Shown: positions 16,567-27,023 of the stretch, one piece after another
Numbering within the stretch: the first letter of the stretch is position 1
How the letters are laid out: each line of letters opens with the position of its first letter
Assembly (NCBI RefSeq): GCF_057098645.1
Contig: NZ_CM169472.1
DNA length: 64,000 bases
Strand: one strand, 5' to 3'
The notes under the pieces: model-generated
The model's input: the letters and a program-made list of their open reading frames with translations, nothing else
Databases searched by the model: none
What the model was told of the DNA's origin: nothing
Made by a program: the position numbers and the translations under genes

Positions 16567-17820
16567 TCAGGCGTGCAGACGACGATGCAAACGCGTCCCG
16601 ACCAGCAGAGCAATGACCAGCATCAGAGCAATAAATGCGCCGACGCCGTTCCAGCCATAGTTATGCCAGAAAACACCACCCAGCGTCCCGGCAATACTCG
16701 ACCCCAGATAGTAACTGAACAGATACAGCGAGGAGGCCTGGCCTTTAGCGCGTTTTGCACGGGGGCCGATCCAGCTGCTGGCAACTGAGTGGGCTGCGAA
16801 GAATCCTGCTGAGAAGAGTAACATTCCGGCAAAGATCAGCCATAGAGAGCTGAATAAGGTCATCAGTAAACCAAACAGCATAACCCCCGTCGAAAACAAC
16901 ATCACTGGACCACGCCCATAGCGGGTGGTCATGGTTCCGGCTTTGGGTGAGCTCCATGTACCGGTCAAATAAGCCAGCGATAATAAGCCAACCACGGCCT
17001 GACTGACATGCCAGGGGGAGAGCATCAACCGATAGCCGATGTAATTAAACAGCGTGACGAACGACCCCATCAGCAAAAAGCCTTCTGCGAACAATAACGG
17101 TAATCCCCGGTCACGCCAGTGCAGACGAAAGTTGATAAACAACGACTTAGGTCGCAGCGAAGTCGGGCGAAAATGGCGTGATTCCGGGAGGATTTTCCAG
17201 AACATCAACGCCGAGGCTAGCGCGAAACAACCGATAGCCGCCAGAGCAATTCGCCAGTTGAAAAAGTCCGTGAAGACACCACTAATTAAGCGTCCGCTCA
17301 TGCCGCCAATTGAGTTGCCGCTGATATACAACCCCATCGAAAAGGCCACGAAACTGGGATGGATTTCCTCGCTAAGATAAGTCATGCCAACAGCTGCCAC
17401 GCCACTTAACGAAAGCCCAATCAAGGCGCGCATAATCAAAATGCCGTGCCAGCTGGTCATCATTGTCGAAAGTAACGTACAAATGGAGGCCAACAGTAGC
17501 GCCGTGACCATCACTGGTTTGCGACCAATGGCATCGGATAGGGGGCCAGTAAACAGCAAACCAATAGCCAACATCGCCGTGGAAATGGACAGTGAAATAC
17601 TACTGTTCGCGGGCGTTAAGCCAAACTCCTGCGAAAGCACCGGAAGGATAGGCTGCACACAATAGAGAAGTGCAAATGTTGCCAGTCCGGCAGAGAACAG
17701 CGCCAGGGTGACGCGCATAAATTGCGGCGTACCGCGTTTAATAAATTGATTTGGCTGAGAAATGCTTTGCTTGTCAGTGTCGCTTGCCGGAGCGCCATCA
17801 ACAGTTGTAGTACGGCTCAC
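16567..17820 (-). CDS. ynfM: MFS transporter YnfM
   Basis: 417 aa, 12-TM MFS architecture; position as in K-12. Confidence 0.85.
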   Translation of the reverse strand: MSRTTTVDGAPASDTDKQSISQPNQFIKRGTPQFMRVTLALFSAGLATFALLYCVQPILPVLSQEFGLTPANSSISLSISTAMLAIGLLFTGPLSDAIGRKPVMVTALLLASICTLLSTMMTSWHGILIMRALIGLSLSGVAAVGMTYLSEEIHPSFVAFSMGLYISGNSIGGMSGRLISGVFTDFFNWRIALAAIGCFALASALMFWKILPESRHFRPTSLRPKSLFINFRLHWRDRGLPLLFAEGFLLMGSFVTLFNYIGYRLMLSPWHVSQAVVGLLSLAYLTGTWSSPKAGTMTTRYGRGPVMLFSTGVMLFGLLMTLFSSLWLIFAGMLLFSAGFFAAHSVASSWIGPRAKRAKGQASSLYLFSYYLGSSIAGTLGGVFWHNYGWNGVGAFIALMLVIALLVGTRLHRRLHA

Positions 17821-17926
17821 TTGAAATCCTTGCTAAATATGCCTGTGGATCAGGCTTATACATAGGTTAGGAAAATCGAATTGTTCTGTCTAATATATTA
17901 ATAATCTCAAATAAGATGTTTTAAAT

Positions 17927-18820
17927 ATGAATATTGAACTTCGTCATCTGCGCTACTTTGTTGCGGTTGCGGAAGAACTGCATTTCGGGCGCGCCGCTGC
18001 CCGCCTGAATATTTCGCAACCGCCGCTAAGTCAGCAGATTCAGGCGCTGGAGCAACAAATTGGTGCCCGACTGCTGGCACGAACCAATCGCAGTGTATTG
18101 CTGACGGCAGCAGGAAAACAGTTTCTTGCAGATAGTCGGCAAATCCTGTCTATGGTGGATGACGCTGCCGCTCGCGCTGAAAGACTGCATCAGGGTGAAG
18201 CGGGGGAGTTGCGCATTGGTTTTACTTCGTCGGCTCCTTTTATTCGGGCGGTGTCCGATACGTTATCGCTGTTTCGCCGAGATTATCCCGATGTCCATTT
18301 ACAAACCCGCGAAATGAACACTCGCGAGCAAATCGCTCCGCTCATTGAAGGAACGCTGGATATGGGATTGCTGCGTAACACAGCGTTACCGGAGACGCTT
18401 GAACACGCAGTCATCGTCCATGAACCGCTTATGGCGATGATCCCGCACGATCATCCCCTGGCAAATAACCCGAATGTAACGCTGGCTGAACTGGCGAAAG
18501 AACCCTTTGTCTTTTTTGATCCGCACGTCGGGACAGGGCTGTATGACGATATTCTCGGGCTGATGCGACGTTACCATTTGACGCCCGTCATCACTCAGGA
18601 GGTGGGCGAGGCAATGACCATCATCGGTCTGGTTTCCGCCGGTCTGGGTGTTTCAATTTTGCCTGCGTCATTTAAACGTGTTCAGCTCAACGAAATGCGC
18701 TGGGTGCCGATTGCTGAAGAGGATGCGGTTTCTGAAATGTGGTTGGTCTGGCCGAAACATCATGAACAAAGTCCAGCTGCGCGTAACTTTCGTATTCATC
18801 TGCTGAATGCTCTCAGGTGA
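17927..18820 (+). CDS. ynfL: LysR-family transcriptional regulator YnfL
   Basis: 297 aa; N-terminal LysR HTH; divergent from ynfM. Confidence 0.85.
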   Translation: MNIELRHLRYFVAVAEELHFGRAAARLNISQPPLSQQIQALEQQIGARLLARTNRSVLLTAAGKQFLADSRQILSMVDDAAARAERLHQGEAGELRIGFTSSAPFIRAVSDTLSLFRRDYPDVHLQTREMNTREQIAPLIEGTLDMGLLRNTALPETLEHAVIVHEPLMAMIPHDHPLANNPNVTLAELAKEPFVFFDPHVGTGLYDDILGLMRRYHLTPVITQEVGEAMTIIGLVSAGLGVSILPASFKRVQLNEMRWVPIAEEDAVSEMWLVWPKHHEQSPAARNFRIHLLNALR

Positions 18821-18954
18821 GGGAAATTTCAGCGAAAAAGCCCGAAAAATGTGCTGTTAATCACATGCCTAAGTAAAAATTTGACGACACGTATTGAAGT
18901 GCTTCACCATAGCCTACAGATTATTTCGGAGCGCGAAAATATAGGGAGTATGCG

Positions 18955-20175
18955 GTGGTTGCTGAAAACCAGCCTGGGCACATTGATCAAATAAAGCAGA
19001 CCAACGCGGGCGCGGTTTATCGCCTGATTGATCAGCTTGGTCCAGTCTCGCGTATCGATCTTTCCCGTCTGGCGCAGCTGGCTCCTGCCAGTATCACTAA
19101 AATTGTCCGTGAGATGCTCGAAGCACACCTGGTGCAAGAGCTGGAAATCAAAGAAGCGGGGAACCGTGGCCGTCCGGCGGTGGGGCTGGTGGTTGAAACT
19201 GAAGCCTGGCACTATCTTTCTCTGCGCATTAGTCGCGGGGAGATTTTCCTTGCTCTGCGCGATCTGAGCAGCAAACTGGTGGTGGAAGAGTCGCAGGAAC
19301 TGGCGTTAAAAGATGACTCGCCATTGCTGGATCGTATCATTTCCCATATCGATCAGTTTTTTATCCGCCACCAGAAAAAACTTGAGCGTCTAACTTCGAT
19401 TGCCATAACCCTGCCGGGAATTATTGATACGGAAAATGGCATTGTACATCGCATGCCGTTCTACGAGGATGTAAAAGAGATGCCGCTCGGCGAGGCTCTG
19501 GAGCAGCATACCGGCGTTCCGGTTTATATTCAGCATGATATCAGCGCATGGACGATGGCAGAGGCCTTGTTTGGTGCCTCACGCGGGGCGCGCGATGTGA
19601 TTCAGGTGGTTATCGATCACAACGTGGGGGCGGGCGTCATTACCGATGGTCATCTGCTACACGCAGGCAGCAGTAGCCTCGTGGAAATAGGTCACACACA
19701 GGTAGACCCATATGGTAAACGCTGTTATTGCGGGAACCACGGCTGCCTCGAAACCATCGCCAGTGTGGACAGTATTCTTGAGCTGGCACAGCTGCGTCTC
19801 AATCAATCCATGAGCTCGATGTTACATGGACAGCCATTAACCGTGGACTCATTGTGTCAGGCGGCATTGCGTGGCGATCTACTGGCAAAAGACATCATTA
19901 CCGGGGTAGGCGCGCATGTCGGGCGCATTCTTGCCATCATGGTGAATTTATTTAACCCACAAAAAATACTGATTGGCTCACCGTTAAGTAAAGCTGCAGA
20001 TATCCTCTTCCCGGTCATCTCAGACAGCGTCCGTCAGCAGGCCCTTCCTGCGTATAGTCAGCACATTAGCGTTGAGAGTACTCAGTTTTCTAACCAGGGT
20101 ACGATGGCAGGCGCTGCGCTGGTAAAAGACGCGATGTATAACGGTTCTTTGTTGATTCGTCTGTTGCAGGGTTAA
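18955..20175 (+). CDS. mlc: Global regulator Mlc (ROK family; DgsA)
   Basis: 406 aa; N-terminus MVAENQPGHIDQIKQTNAGAVYRLIDQLGPVSRIDLSRLA matches Mlc as recalled; ROK zinc motif CYCGNHGCLE. Confidence 0.9.
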   Translation: MVAENQPGHIDQIKQTNAGAVYRLIDQLGPVSRIDLSRLAQLAPASITKIVREMLEAHLVQELEIKEAGNRGRPAVGLVVETEAWHYLSLRISRGEIFLALRDLSSKLVVEESQELALKDDSPLLDRIISHIDQFFIRHQKKLERLTSIAITLPGIIDTENGIVHRMPFYEDVKEMPLGEALEQHTGVPVYIQHDISAWTMAEALFGASRGARDVIQVVIDHNVGAGVITDGHLLHAGSSSLVEIGHTQVDPYGKRCYCGNHGCLETIASVDSILELAQLRLNQSMSSMLHGQPLTVDSLCQAALRGDLLAKDIITGVGAHVGRILAIMVNLFNPQKILIGSPLSKAADILFPVISDSVRQQALPAYSQHISVESTQFSNQGTMAGAALVKDAMYNGSLLIRLLQG

Positions 20176-20299
20176 CATTTTTTAACTGTTCTACCAAAAT
20201 TTGCGCTATCTCAATTTGGGCCAGGAAAGCATAACTTAGACTTTCAAGGTTAATTATTTTCCTGGTTTATATTTGTGAAGCATAACGGTGGAGTTAGTG

Positions 20300-20995
20300 A
20301 TGCTGAAGCGTTTCTTTATTACCGGTACAGACACTTCTGTAGGGAAAACGGTGGTTTCCCGCGCATTGCTACAAGCGTTAGCATCCCAGGGAAAAACGGT
20401 TGCGGGATATAAACCCGTAGCGAAGGGGAGCAAAGAGACACCCGAAGGGCTGCGTAATAAAGATGCCCTGGTGTTGCAGAGTGTTTCAACCATCGAACTG
20501 CCTTATGAAGCAGTTAATCCTATCGCGTTAAGCGAAGAAGAAAGTAGCGTGGCGCACAGTTGCCCAATCAATTACACCCTCATTTCAAACGGCCTGGCAA
20601 ACCTGACCGAAAAAGTCGATCATGTCGTGGTAGAAGGGACTGGCGGCTGGCGCAGTCTGATGAATGATTTGCGTCCACTCTCTGAATGGGTGGTGCAGGA
20701 ACAACTGCCGGTGTTGATGGTTGTCGGTATTCAGGAAGGTTGCATTAACCATGCACTGCTAACAGCTCAGGCGATTGCCAACGACGGGCTGCCGCTCATT
20801 GGCTGGGTGGCTAACCGAATCAACCCAGGACTGGCGCATTATGCGGAAATCATTGATGTGCTCGGTAAAAAACTTCCGGCACCGCTCATTGGTGAACTGC
20901 CTTATCTGCCGCGCGCCGAACAGCGTGAACTGGGGCAATACATCCGCTTAGCTATGCTGCGCAGTGTGCTGGCGGTAGATAGAGTCACGGTGTAA
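20300..20995 (+). CDS. ynfK: Dethiobiotin synthetase paralog YnfK
   Basis: 231 aa from [17 protein letters not shown] (P-loop). Confidence 0.85.
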
Positions 20996-22204
20996 CGTCC
21001 GCGAAATTACCGACGCAATTACGCAGGCAATCAATAAACCGGGGAGTAGCTGATACTCCCCGGTCATTTCACATATCATCAACGTCGACATAATCGGCGC
21101 GTGCGTGGTTGCCGCCAACAGTGTCGCCATCCCGGTCAATCCGAGTAAAAGCGTAATTTCTTCGCCATCAGGGAACCATAATCCCAGGCTACGACCATAC
21201 AACATGCCAATGGCAAGACCGATAAATAGCGTCGGTGTAAAGACACCACCGGGCGCGCCGGAACCACTACTCGCCAGCACGGCACACAGTTTACAGAGGA
21301 AGATCCCGGCAATGATCATTAACAGTGGCGGGGCGGTTAAAAAGGATTGTACGGTGCTATAGCCGTTGCCCCACACTGCAGGTGTGAACAGGGAAAGCAG
21401 ACCCACGATTAAGCCGCCCAGTGCCAGTTGCCAGGGCGGCGCAAGCTTGAGACTTACAAATCCACGATGACAGGCGTTCATTAACGTTAACAACAGTGGT
21501 CCGCACAGACCTGCCAGCACACCTGTACTGATAATCAGCGCATAGTCACGAGCCTGAACCGTCACTGAGAGTTGTACGCTGTAGAGTAACGCGTCGCTAT
21601 GATTAATCAGATTGCTAACCAGCAATGCCACGACGGCGGAAATAATCACCGGGCCGAGAGAGGCCAACATCATAGTGCCAAACAGCACTTCGGCTATAAA
21701 TAAACTGCCAGCAAGCGGGGCACGATAGGCCGCAGCCATTCCCGCCGCGGCCCCACAGGCGATCCATAATTTCCACTCCTGGCGTGGCGTAAAACGTTGG
21801 GCAAAACAGGAGGCGGCAAGGGCAGCTAAAAGAATCATCGCACCTTCGCGACCAATTGCACTGCCGCTGGTTACTACCAGCAGAGAGGCAAGCGATTTAA
21901 CCAGGCTTGCTGCGTAATCAAACTGACCCTCGGTTTGCAACGCTTCCATATAATCGGTCGGCGCATGAGGGCGTTGCTGGGTAAATTTCTGCCAGCCCAT
22001 CAGCAACAAACCCGCCGCCAGTCCGCCGAGCGCCGGAGTTAGCAGCCGTCGCCACGGGGAAAGATTTGTAGCTGCATTGACCAGACTGCCCGAGTCATTA
22101 TTGAGGAACAACCACTCCAGTAGCAGCATCGCATGACGAAACCCAGCAACGGCAAAGGCCGCGAGAATACCGACGACTGTTGCGATAAGCAGACGGCGGA
22201 ACAT
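20948..22204 (-). CDS. clcB: Voltage-gated ClC-type chloride channel ClcB
   Basis: 418 aa from [12 protein letters not shown]; polytopic ClC architecture. Confidence 0.85.
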   Translation of the reverse strand: MFRRLLIATVVGILAAFAVAGFRHAMLLLEWLFLNNDSGSLVNAATNLSPWRRLLTPALGGLAAGLLLMGWQKFTQQRPHAPTDYMEALQTEGQFDYAASLVKSLASLLVVTSGSAIGREGAMILLAALAASCFAQRFTPRQEWKLWIACGAAAGMAAAYRAPLAGSLFIAEVLFGTMMLASLGPVIISAVVALLVSNLINHSDALLYSVQLSVTVQARDYALIISTGVLAGLCGPLLLTLMNACHRGFVSLKLAPPWQLALGGLIVGLLSLFTPAVWGNGYSTVQSFLTAPPLLMIIAGIFLCKLCAVLASSGSGAPGGVFTPTLFIGLAIGMLYGRSLGLWFPDGEEITLLLGLTGMATLLAATTHAPIMSTLMICEMTGEYQLLPGLLIACVIASVISRTLHRDSIYRQHTAQHS

Positions 22205-22398
22205 AGTGCGCAGATCCGGATAGATGTGTAGATGATGCATGAGCAGAAATGGGCAATGAAACACGGGCGACTATTTTGCGGCAAAAGAGGCCAGCCGCAA
22301 AAGCAGTGCGTGCTTTAAGAGATAAAAAAACGTGACACTGTAACGTAATATTGCCGAATCGCGCGTAATCGTCACCATCCGGCAATATTACGGTGATC

Positions 22399-23013
22399 CT
22401 ATCGAAACAGCGGTTTAACCGCGACAGGAATCAACAGTTGTGATTGCCATTGTGCCAGCGTTAAGCGAGCCAGTTCACCCAGAGCACGGTAGAAAGGGTG
22501 TTCTGCTTTTTCGATAAAAACATCAAGAAAACGTGTTGACCACGGAAAAAGGTGCCATGCCAGCAATTCTTCGCATTCTGTCTGGCGACCATTCTCCGCC
22601 AACCACGCAGCCATCAACAGCAGTGAACCAAAATGATCTTCCGGTTCGTTTTGCTTCATTTCAAACTGAATTCCTTTCTCGCGCATCCACTGACGAAGTG
22701 CCAATGTTGAATCGCCAAACAGCACAGATTCGCGATCCAGCCAGACCGACCCCCACGGCGGAGACGGCAGTGCCCACGGGCCGACAAACAAACGCTGCCA
22801 GGCCTGGGCGTGAGTCTCTTCACACTGTGTCTGAAAAGCCGTCACCAGCGGCGCTAATGACGCTTCTGGTAGAGGCCACTGAGTTTCCCAGCCGTCACTG
22901 GTGAGTACCGCAACCAGAGGTGCGGCTTCAGCACTCTCTGGAGCGTAATAAAACAGCGCGCCCAACACGCGCGCCGCGACAGAAAAATTATCTTGCTGTG
23001 AAAAATGGGTCAT
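22399..23013 (-). CDS. dmsD: Tat proofreading chaperone DmsD
   Basis: 204 aa from MTHFSQQDNFSVAARVLGALFYY. Confidence 0.85.
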   Translation of the reverse strand: MTHFSQQDNFSVAARVLGALFYYAPESAEAAPLVAVLTSDGWETQWPLPEASLAPLVTAFQTQCEETHAQAWQRLFVGPWALPSPPWGSVWLDRESVLFGDSTLALRQWMREKGIQFEMKQNEPEDHFGSLLLMAAWLAENGRQTECEELLAWHLFPWSTRFLDVFIEKAEHPFYRALGELARLTLAQWQSQLLIPVAVKPLFR

Positions 23014-23055
23014 TCCTAACATCCTGAAATGTGCGGGTTGCCCCGCACCAATTTG

Positions 23056-23910
23056 TTAACCTGCAATAGCCATTCCTACCGTCATGTGCAGGCCATAAAA
23101 GAGCACACGCCCGATCATCTCACCGCCAAGAATGAGGATTAACCCCAGAATAAGTCCGGCAACGTGAGGTTCACGGCGACGTATGAGCGGACAAAGCCAG
23201 CATCCTAGACCTGCGCATAACAATACCACACGCCAGACCTGTAAGGAGGCGTAATCTGGTACCAGTGCGCTGGCTTGTTGCACGGATGAGTGAATAGACG
23301 ACAGAGACAAACCTTGCAGCACAATCACCCCGGCACAAGCGATCAGCGCCAGAACGCTAATGATGGCAAATGGTATGGTATTAAATGTAACGCGGGCTGC
23401 CCGCAGAATTGCGGCAGCAAGTATTGGACCACTCAACAATACCGTCAGGAAGAAAGCCAGCGTAGTGTAACCGTTATGCCAGGTTGGCACAGTGTCGATT
23501 TGATACACGCAGGTCATCATCCAGACGAAAATGACGCCGAGCGCCATGCTGACAAGTAACCAGAGTTTCCCCAACGCTTGCGGCATTTTACCGATGACCG
23601 CCACCAGCCACCATAGTCCGCCAACGGCAAAAAATATGGAACCGGCAGCAATCTCGTTACTCAGACCAGAAGCTCCGATTCGATTCAGCGAGTTAAACGC
23701 CCGCAGTGGTGATCCCAGGTGCATGACAGAGGCAATAAACCCGATGCCCATCAACAGCCAGAGGAAAAACATGCCACGAACAATGTGCTGACGGTCTGCG
23801 TCAGTTTTGGCAGCGAACCAGCCAATTCCGCTAACAATCAGCGCGCCTACTACGCATTGACCCAATACGGTAAAGATAACCAGTGGCCATTCATGCCATC
23901 CATTTCCCAT
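23056..23910 (-). CDS. ynfH: DMSO reductase-type membrane anchor subunit YnfH
   Basis: 284 aa from MGNGWHEWPLVIF; polytopic DmsC-like. Confidence 0.85.
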   Translation of the reverse strand: MGNGWHEWPLVIFTVLGQCVVGALIVSGIGWFAAKTDADRQHIVRGMFFLWLLMGIGFIASVMHLGSPLRAFNSLNRIGASGLSNEIAAGSIFFAVGGLWWLVAVIGKMPQALGKLWLLVSMALGVIFVWMMTCVYQIDTVPTWHNGYTTLAFFLTVLLSGPILAAAILRAARVTFNTIPFAIISVLALIACAGVIVLQGLSLSSIHSSVQQASALVPDYASLQVWRVVLLCAGLGCWLCPLIRRREPHVAGLILGLILILGGEMIGRVLFYGLHMTVGMAIAG

Positions 23911-23911
23911 T

Positions 23912-24529
23912 TTACACTTCCTCCGGATTAGCCAGATAACCAGTGGTATCGCCGGTCGGGCGGCTGTTGGCGTTAGGTTTGATAACGATATTGGGTTTTG
24001 TGAAATGCGCGCGCGGCAGTGGCGCGACGGCAGCAAGAGTGCCGTGCTTCTGGCGCAGCTCTTCAATTGGACCGAACTCAAGTGCACGCAGCGGGCAGGA
24101 TTCGACACATATGGGTTGTTTCCCCTCGGCGACGCGCAAATAACAACCATCGCACTTCGTCATGTGCCCTTTTTCAGCATTGTACTGTGGCGCGCCGTAC
24201 GGACAAGCCATGTGGCAGTAGCGGCAGCCGATACAAACATCTTCATCAACCACCACAAAGCCATCTTCACGCTTATGCATTGCGCCGCTGGGGCAGACTT
24301 TTGTACATGCGGGGTCATCGCAATGGTTACAGGAGATGGAGAGATAATAAGCGAACACGTTCTGGTGCCAGACGCCATTATCTTCCTGCCAGTCGCCGCC
24401 AGCATATTCATAAATACGGCGGAAACTGACTTCCGGGCCAAGATCTTTAAAATCTTTGCACGCCAGTTCGCAGGTTTTACAGCCAGTACAGCGGCTGGAA
24501 TCGATAAAAAATCCATATTGTGTGGTCAT
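23912..24529 (-). CDS. ynfG: DMSO reductase-type 4Fe-4S subunit YnfG
   Basis: 205 aa with four Cys-x2-Cys-x2-Cys-x3-Cys ferredoxin clusters. Confidence 0.9.
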   Translation of the reverse strand: MTTQYGFFIDSSRCTGCKTCELACKDFKDLGPEVSFRRIYEYAGGDWQEDNGVWHQNVFAYYLSISCNHCDDPACTKVCPSGAMHKREDGFVVVDEDVCIGCRYCHMACPYGAPQYNAEKGHMTKCDGCYLRVAEGKQPICVESCPLRALEFGPIEELRQKHGTLAAVAPLPRAHFTKPNIVIKPNANSRPTGDTTGYLANPEEV

Positions 24530-24539
24530 GGGCTACTCC

Positions 24540-26966
24540 TTAAACCTTTTCGATCTGGACAAGATTGCTGTGCGACGGGTTTCCCTTTGCCAGCGGTGAA
24601 GGGCGGTGAGAGGTCAGAATATTAATACTGCCGCCGTGATCGACCCGGTCACCAAACATATCCGCTTTAAGCCACGCACCTTGCCCGATGGCGGTAACGC
24701 CAGGCAGAATACGCGGAGTCACTTTTGCGGCAATCAGCATTTCTCCATTATTGTTAAATACCCGCACGGTATCGCCATGACGGATACCGCGAGCCTGAGC
24801 ATCAATGGGGTTGATCCACACCTCTTGTGGGCAGGCCTGCTGTAACACATCAATATTGCCGTAGCTGGAGTGGGTACGCGCTTTGTAGTGGAAGCCCGTT
24901 AACTGCAGTGGATAGGTTTTCCGCAGGGGATCGTCCCAACCATCAAAACCTGGGGTATACGCAGGAAGGGGATGAATAATTTCATCTTTTTTCAATTCCC
25001 AGGTATCTGCAATCTTCGCCAGTCGTTCAGAATAAATTTCGATTTTCCCCGAAGGTGTTTTCAACGGGTTTGCCTGTGGATCTTCACGGAATGCGCGGAA
25101 AGCGACGTAGTGTTCTTCCGGGCATTTTTTCTTAAAGATCCCGGTCGTTTTCATCTCCTCGTAGTCGGGCATCTCAGGGTTACGTTCCTTCGTTTTCGCA
25201 TGGAGATATTTGATCCATTCATGCTGACTGCGACCTTCAGTAAAGGTTTGATAAACGTCCGGTCCTAAGCGTTTGGCGACTTCACTCAGCATCCAGTAGA
25301 TGGGTTTGCGTTCAAATTTTGCTGAGGTTGCGGGTTGGGCGAGGATCACATAGCCCATATTCCCTGCAGATTCATGAGAGATAAGGTCTTCTTGCTCTGT
25401 TGGCATCAGGTCGGGCAACAGGATATCGCAATACTTAGCCGAGGCCGTCATGAAGTGGTCAATGCCAACAATCATCTCGCACTTGCTGTCATCCTGAAGC
25501 ACCTCATGGGTGTGATTGATGTCGCCATGTTGATTGATCAATGTGTTACTGGCGTAGCACCATAAAAACTTGATGGGGACATCCAGTTTTTCTTTTCCAC
25601 GAACACCATCACGGGTCGCGGTCATTTCCGTACCATGGTCGATGGCATCTGTCCATGTAAAGACGGAAATCTGCGTTTTAACAGGATTCTCGAGCATCGG
25701 GAACCATTCTACCCCCAGATCCCAGCTACCTTCGCGTACGCCTGAGTTGCCGCCGTTTATGCCGACGTTACCGGTGAGAACGGAAAGCATGGCAATAGCG
25801 CGGGATGTTTGTTCGCCGTTGGAGTGTCGTTGTGGCCCCCAACCCTGACAAATATAAGCAGGTTTTGCTGAACCGATCTCTCGTGCCAACTGGATAATTT
25901 TTTCTGCCGGAATGCTGGTGATTTTTGCTGCCCATTCCGGCGTTTTAGCTATGCCGTCAGGCCCTTCGCCCAGAATATAGGCTTTATAATGCGCGTTACG
26001 TGGTGCGTTGGCGGGCAGCGTTTTTTCATCGTAACCAACACAATATTTGTCGAGAAATGGCTGATCGACCATGTTTTCAGTAATCAGTACCCAGGCAATC
26101 GCACAGGCCAGTGCGCCATCGGTGCCAGGGCGAATGGGCAGCCATTCATCTTCACGCCCGGCAGCTGTGTCGTTATAACGTGGATCGATGACGATCATGC
26201 GTGCGTTTGAACGTTCGCGGGCTTGCTCGACGTAGTAAGTGACACCACCGCCGCTCATCCGCGTTTCTGCCGGGTTATTTCCGAACATAACGACCAGTTT
26301 CGTATTGGCGATATCATCCGGGCTGTTGCCATCATTGGCACCGAACATATAACTCATTGCGGCACTGATCTGTGCGGTACTGTAGCTGCCATAGCGACTG
26401 AGAAAACCACCGCAAGAGTTCATCAGACGGTACGGGACGTTTGAGTTGGTGATGTTTCCGCCATCTACACCTGTTCCGTACAGGACATGTACAGCCTCAT
26501 TGCCGTAATCTTTTAGGATCCGCCGAAGATTATCACTGATGGTATCCAGGGCTTCGTCCCAACTTATCCGTTCAAATTTACCTTCACCGCGCTTGCCGAC
26601 GCGCTTCATGGGATATTTCAACCTATCAGGATGATTCATCCGTCGGCGGATAGAGCGCCCGCGTAAACACGCTCGAACCTGATGATTACCGTAGACGTCG
26701 TCACCTGTCGTATCAGACTCCACCCAGTACACGGTGTCATCTTTCACATGCAAACGTAACAGACAGCGGCTCCCGCAGTTAACGGTACAGGAACTCCAGA
26801 CCGCTTTCTCTTCTACCGGAGCCTCTGCCGCCCGGACCATTTGGGAAAATGGCAGAGTGAAAGCACTGCTTGCCAGCGCAAGACTGCCAAGTGCGGAGGT
26901 TTTCATCAGACTTCTACGGCTGATTTCAGCCTTCATGAGCGCCTCTGTGGTATGGATTTTCATCAT
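24540..26966 (-). CDS. ynfF: Molybdopterin oxidoreductase catalytic subunit YnfF (DmsA paralog)
   Basis: Twin-arginine signal (SRRSLMK) and molybdopterin oxidoreductase body. Confidence 0.9.
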   Translation of the reverse strand: MMKIHTTEALMKAEISRRSLMKTSALGSLALASSAFTLPFSQMVRAAEAPVEEKAVWSSCTVNCGSRCLLRLHVKDDTVYWVESDTTGDDVYGNHQVRACLRGRSIRRRMNHPDRLKYPMKRVGKRGEGKFERISWDEALDTISDNLRRILKDYGNEAVHVLYGTGVDGGNITNSNVPYRLMNSCGGFLSRYGSYSTAQISAAMSYMFGANDGNSPDDIANTKLVVMFGNNPAETRMSGGGVTYYVEQARERSNARMIVIDPRYNDTAAGREDEWLPIRPGTDGALACAIAWVLITENMVDQPFLDKYCVGYDEKTLPANAPRNAHYKAYILGEGPDGIAKTPEWAAKITSIPAEKIIQLAREIGSAKPAYICQGWGPQRHSNGEQTSRAIAMLSVLTGNVGINGGNSGVREGSWDLGVEWFPMLENPVKTQISVFTWTDAIDHGTEMTATRDGVRGKEKLDVPIKFLWCYASNTLINQHGDINHTHEVLQDDSKCEMIVGIDHFMTASAKYCDILLPDLMPTEQEDLISHESAGNMGYVILAQPATSAKFERKPIYWMLSEVAKRLGPDVYQTFTEGRSQHEWIKYLHAKTKERNPEMPDYEEMKTTGIFKKKCPEEHYVAFRAFREDPQANPLKTPSGKIEIYSERLAKIADTWELKKDEIIHPLPAYTPGFDGWDDPLRKTYPLQLTGFHYKARTHSSYGNIDVLQQACPQEVWINPIDAQARGIRHGDTVRVFNNNGEMLIAAKVTPRILPGVTAIGQGAWLKADMFGDRVDHGGSINILTSHRPSPLAKGNPSHSNLVQIEKV

Positions 26967-27023
26967 TACTCACTTATTGCTTTTCAAACAAAATGTCATG
27001 CCAGAATTTATGGTTGTAGTGGG

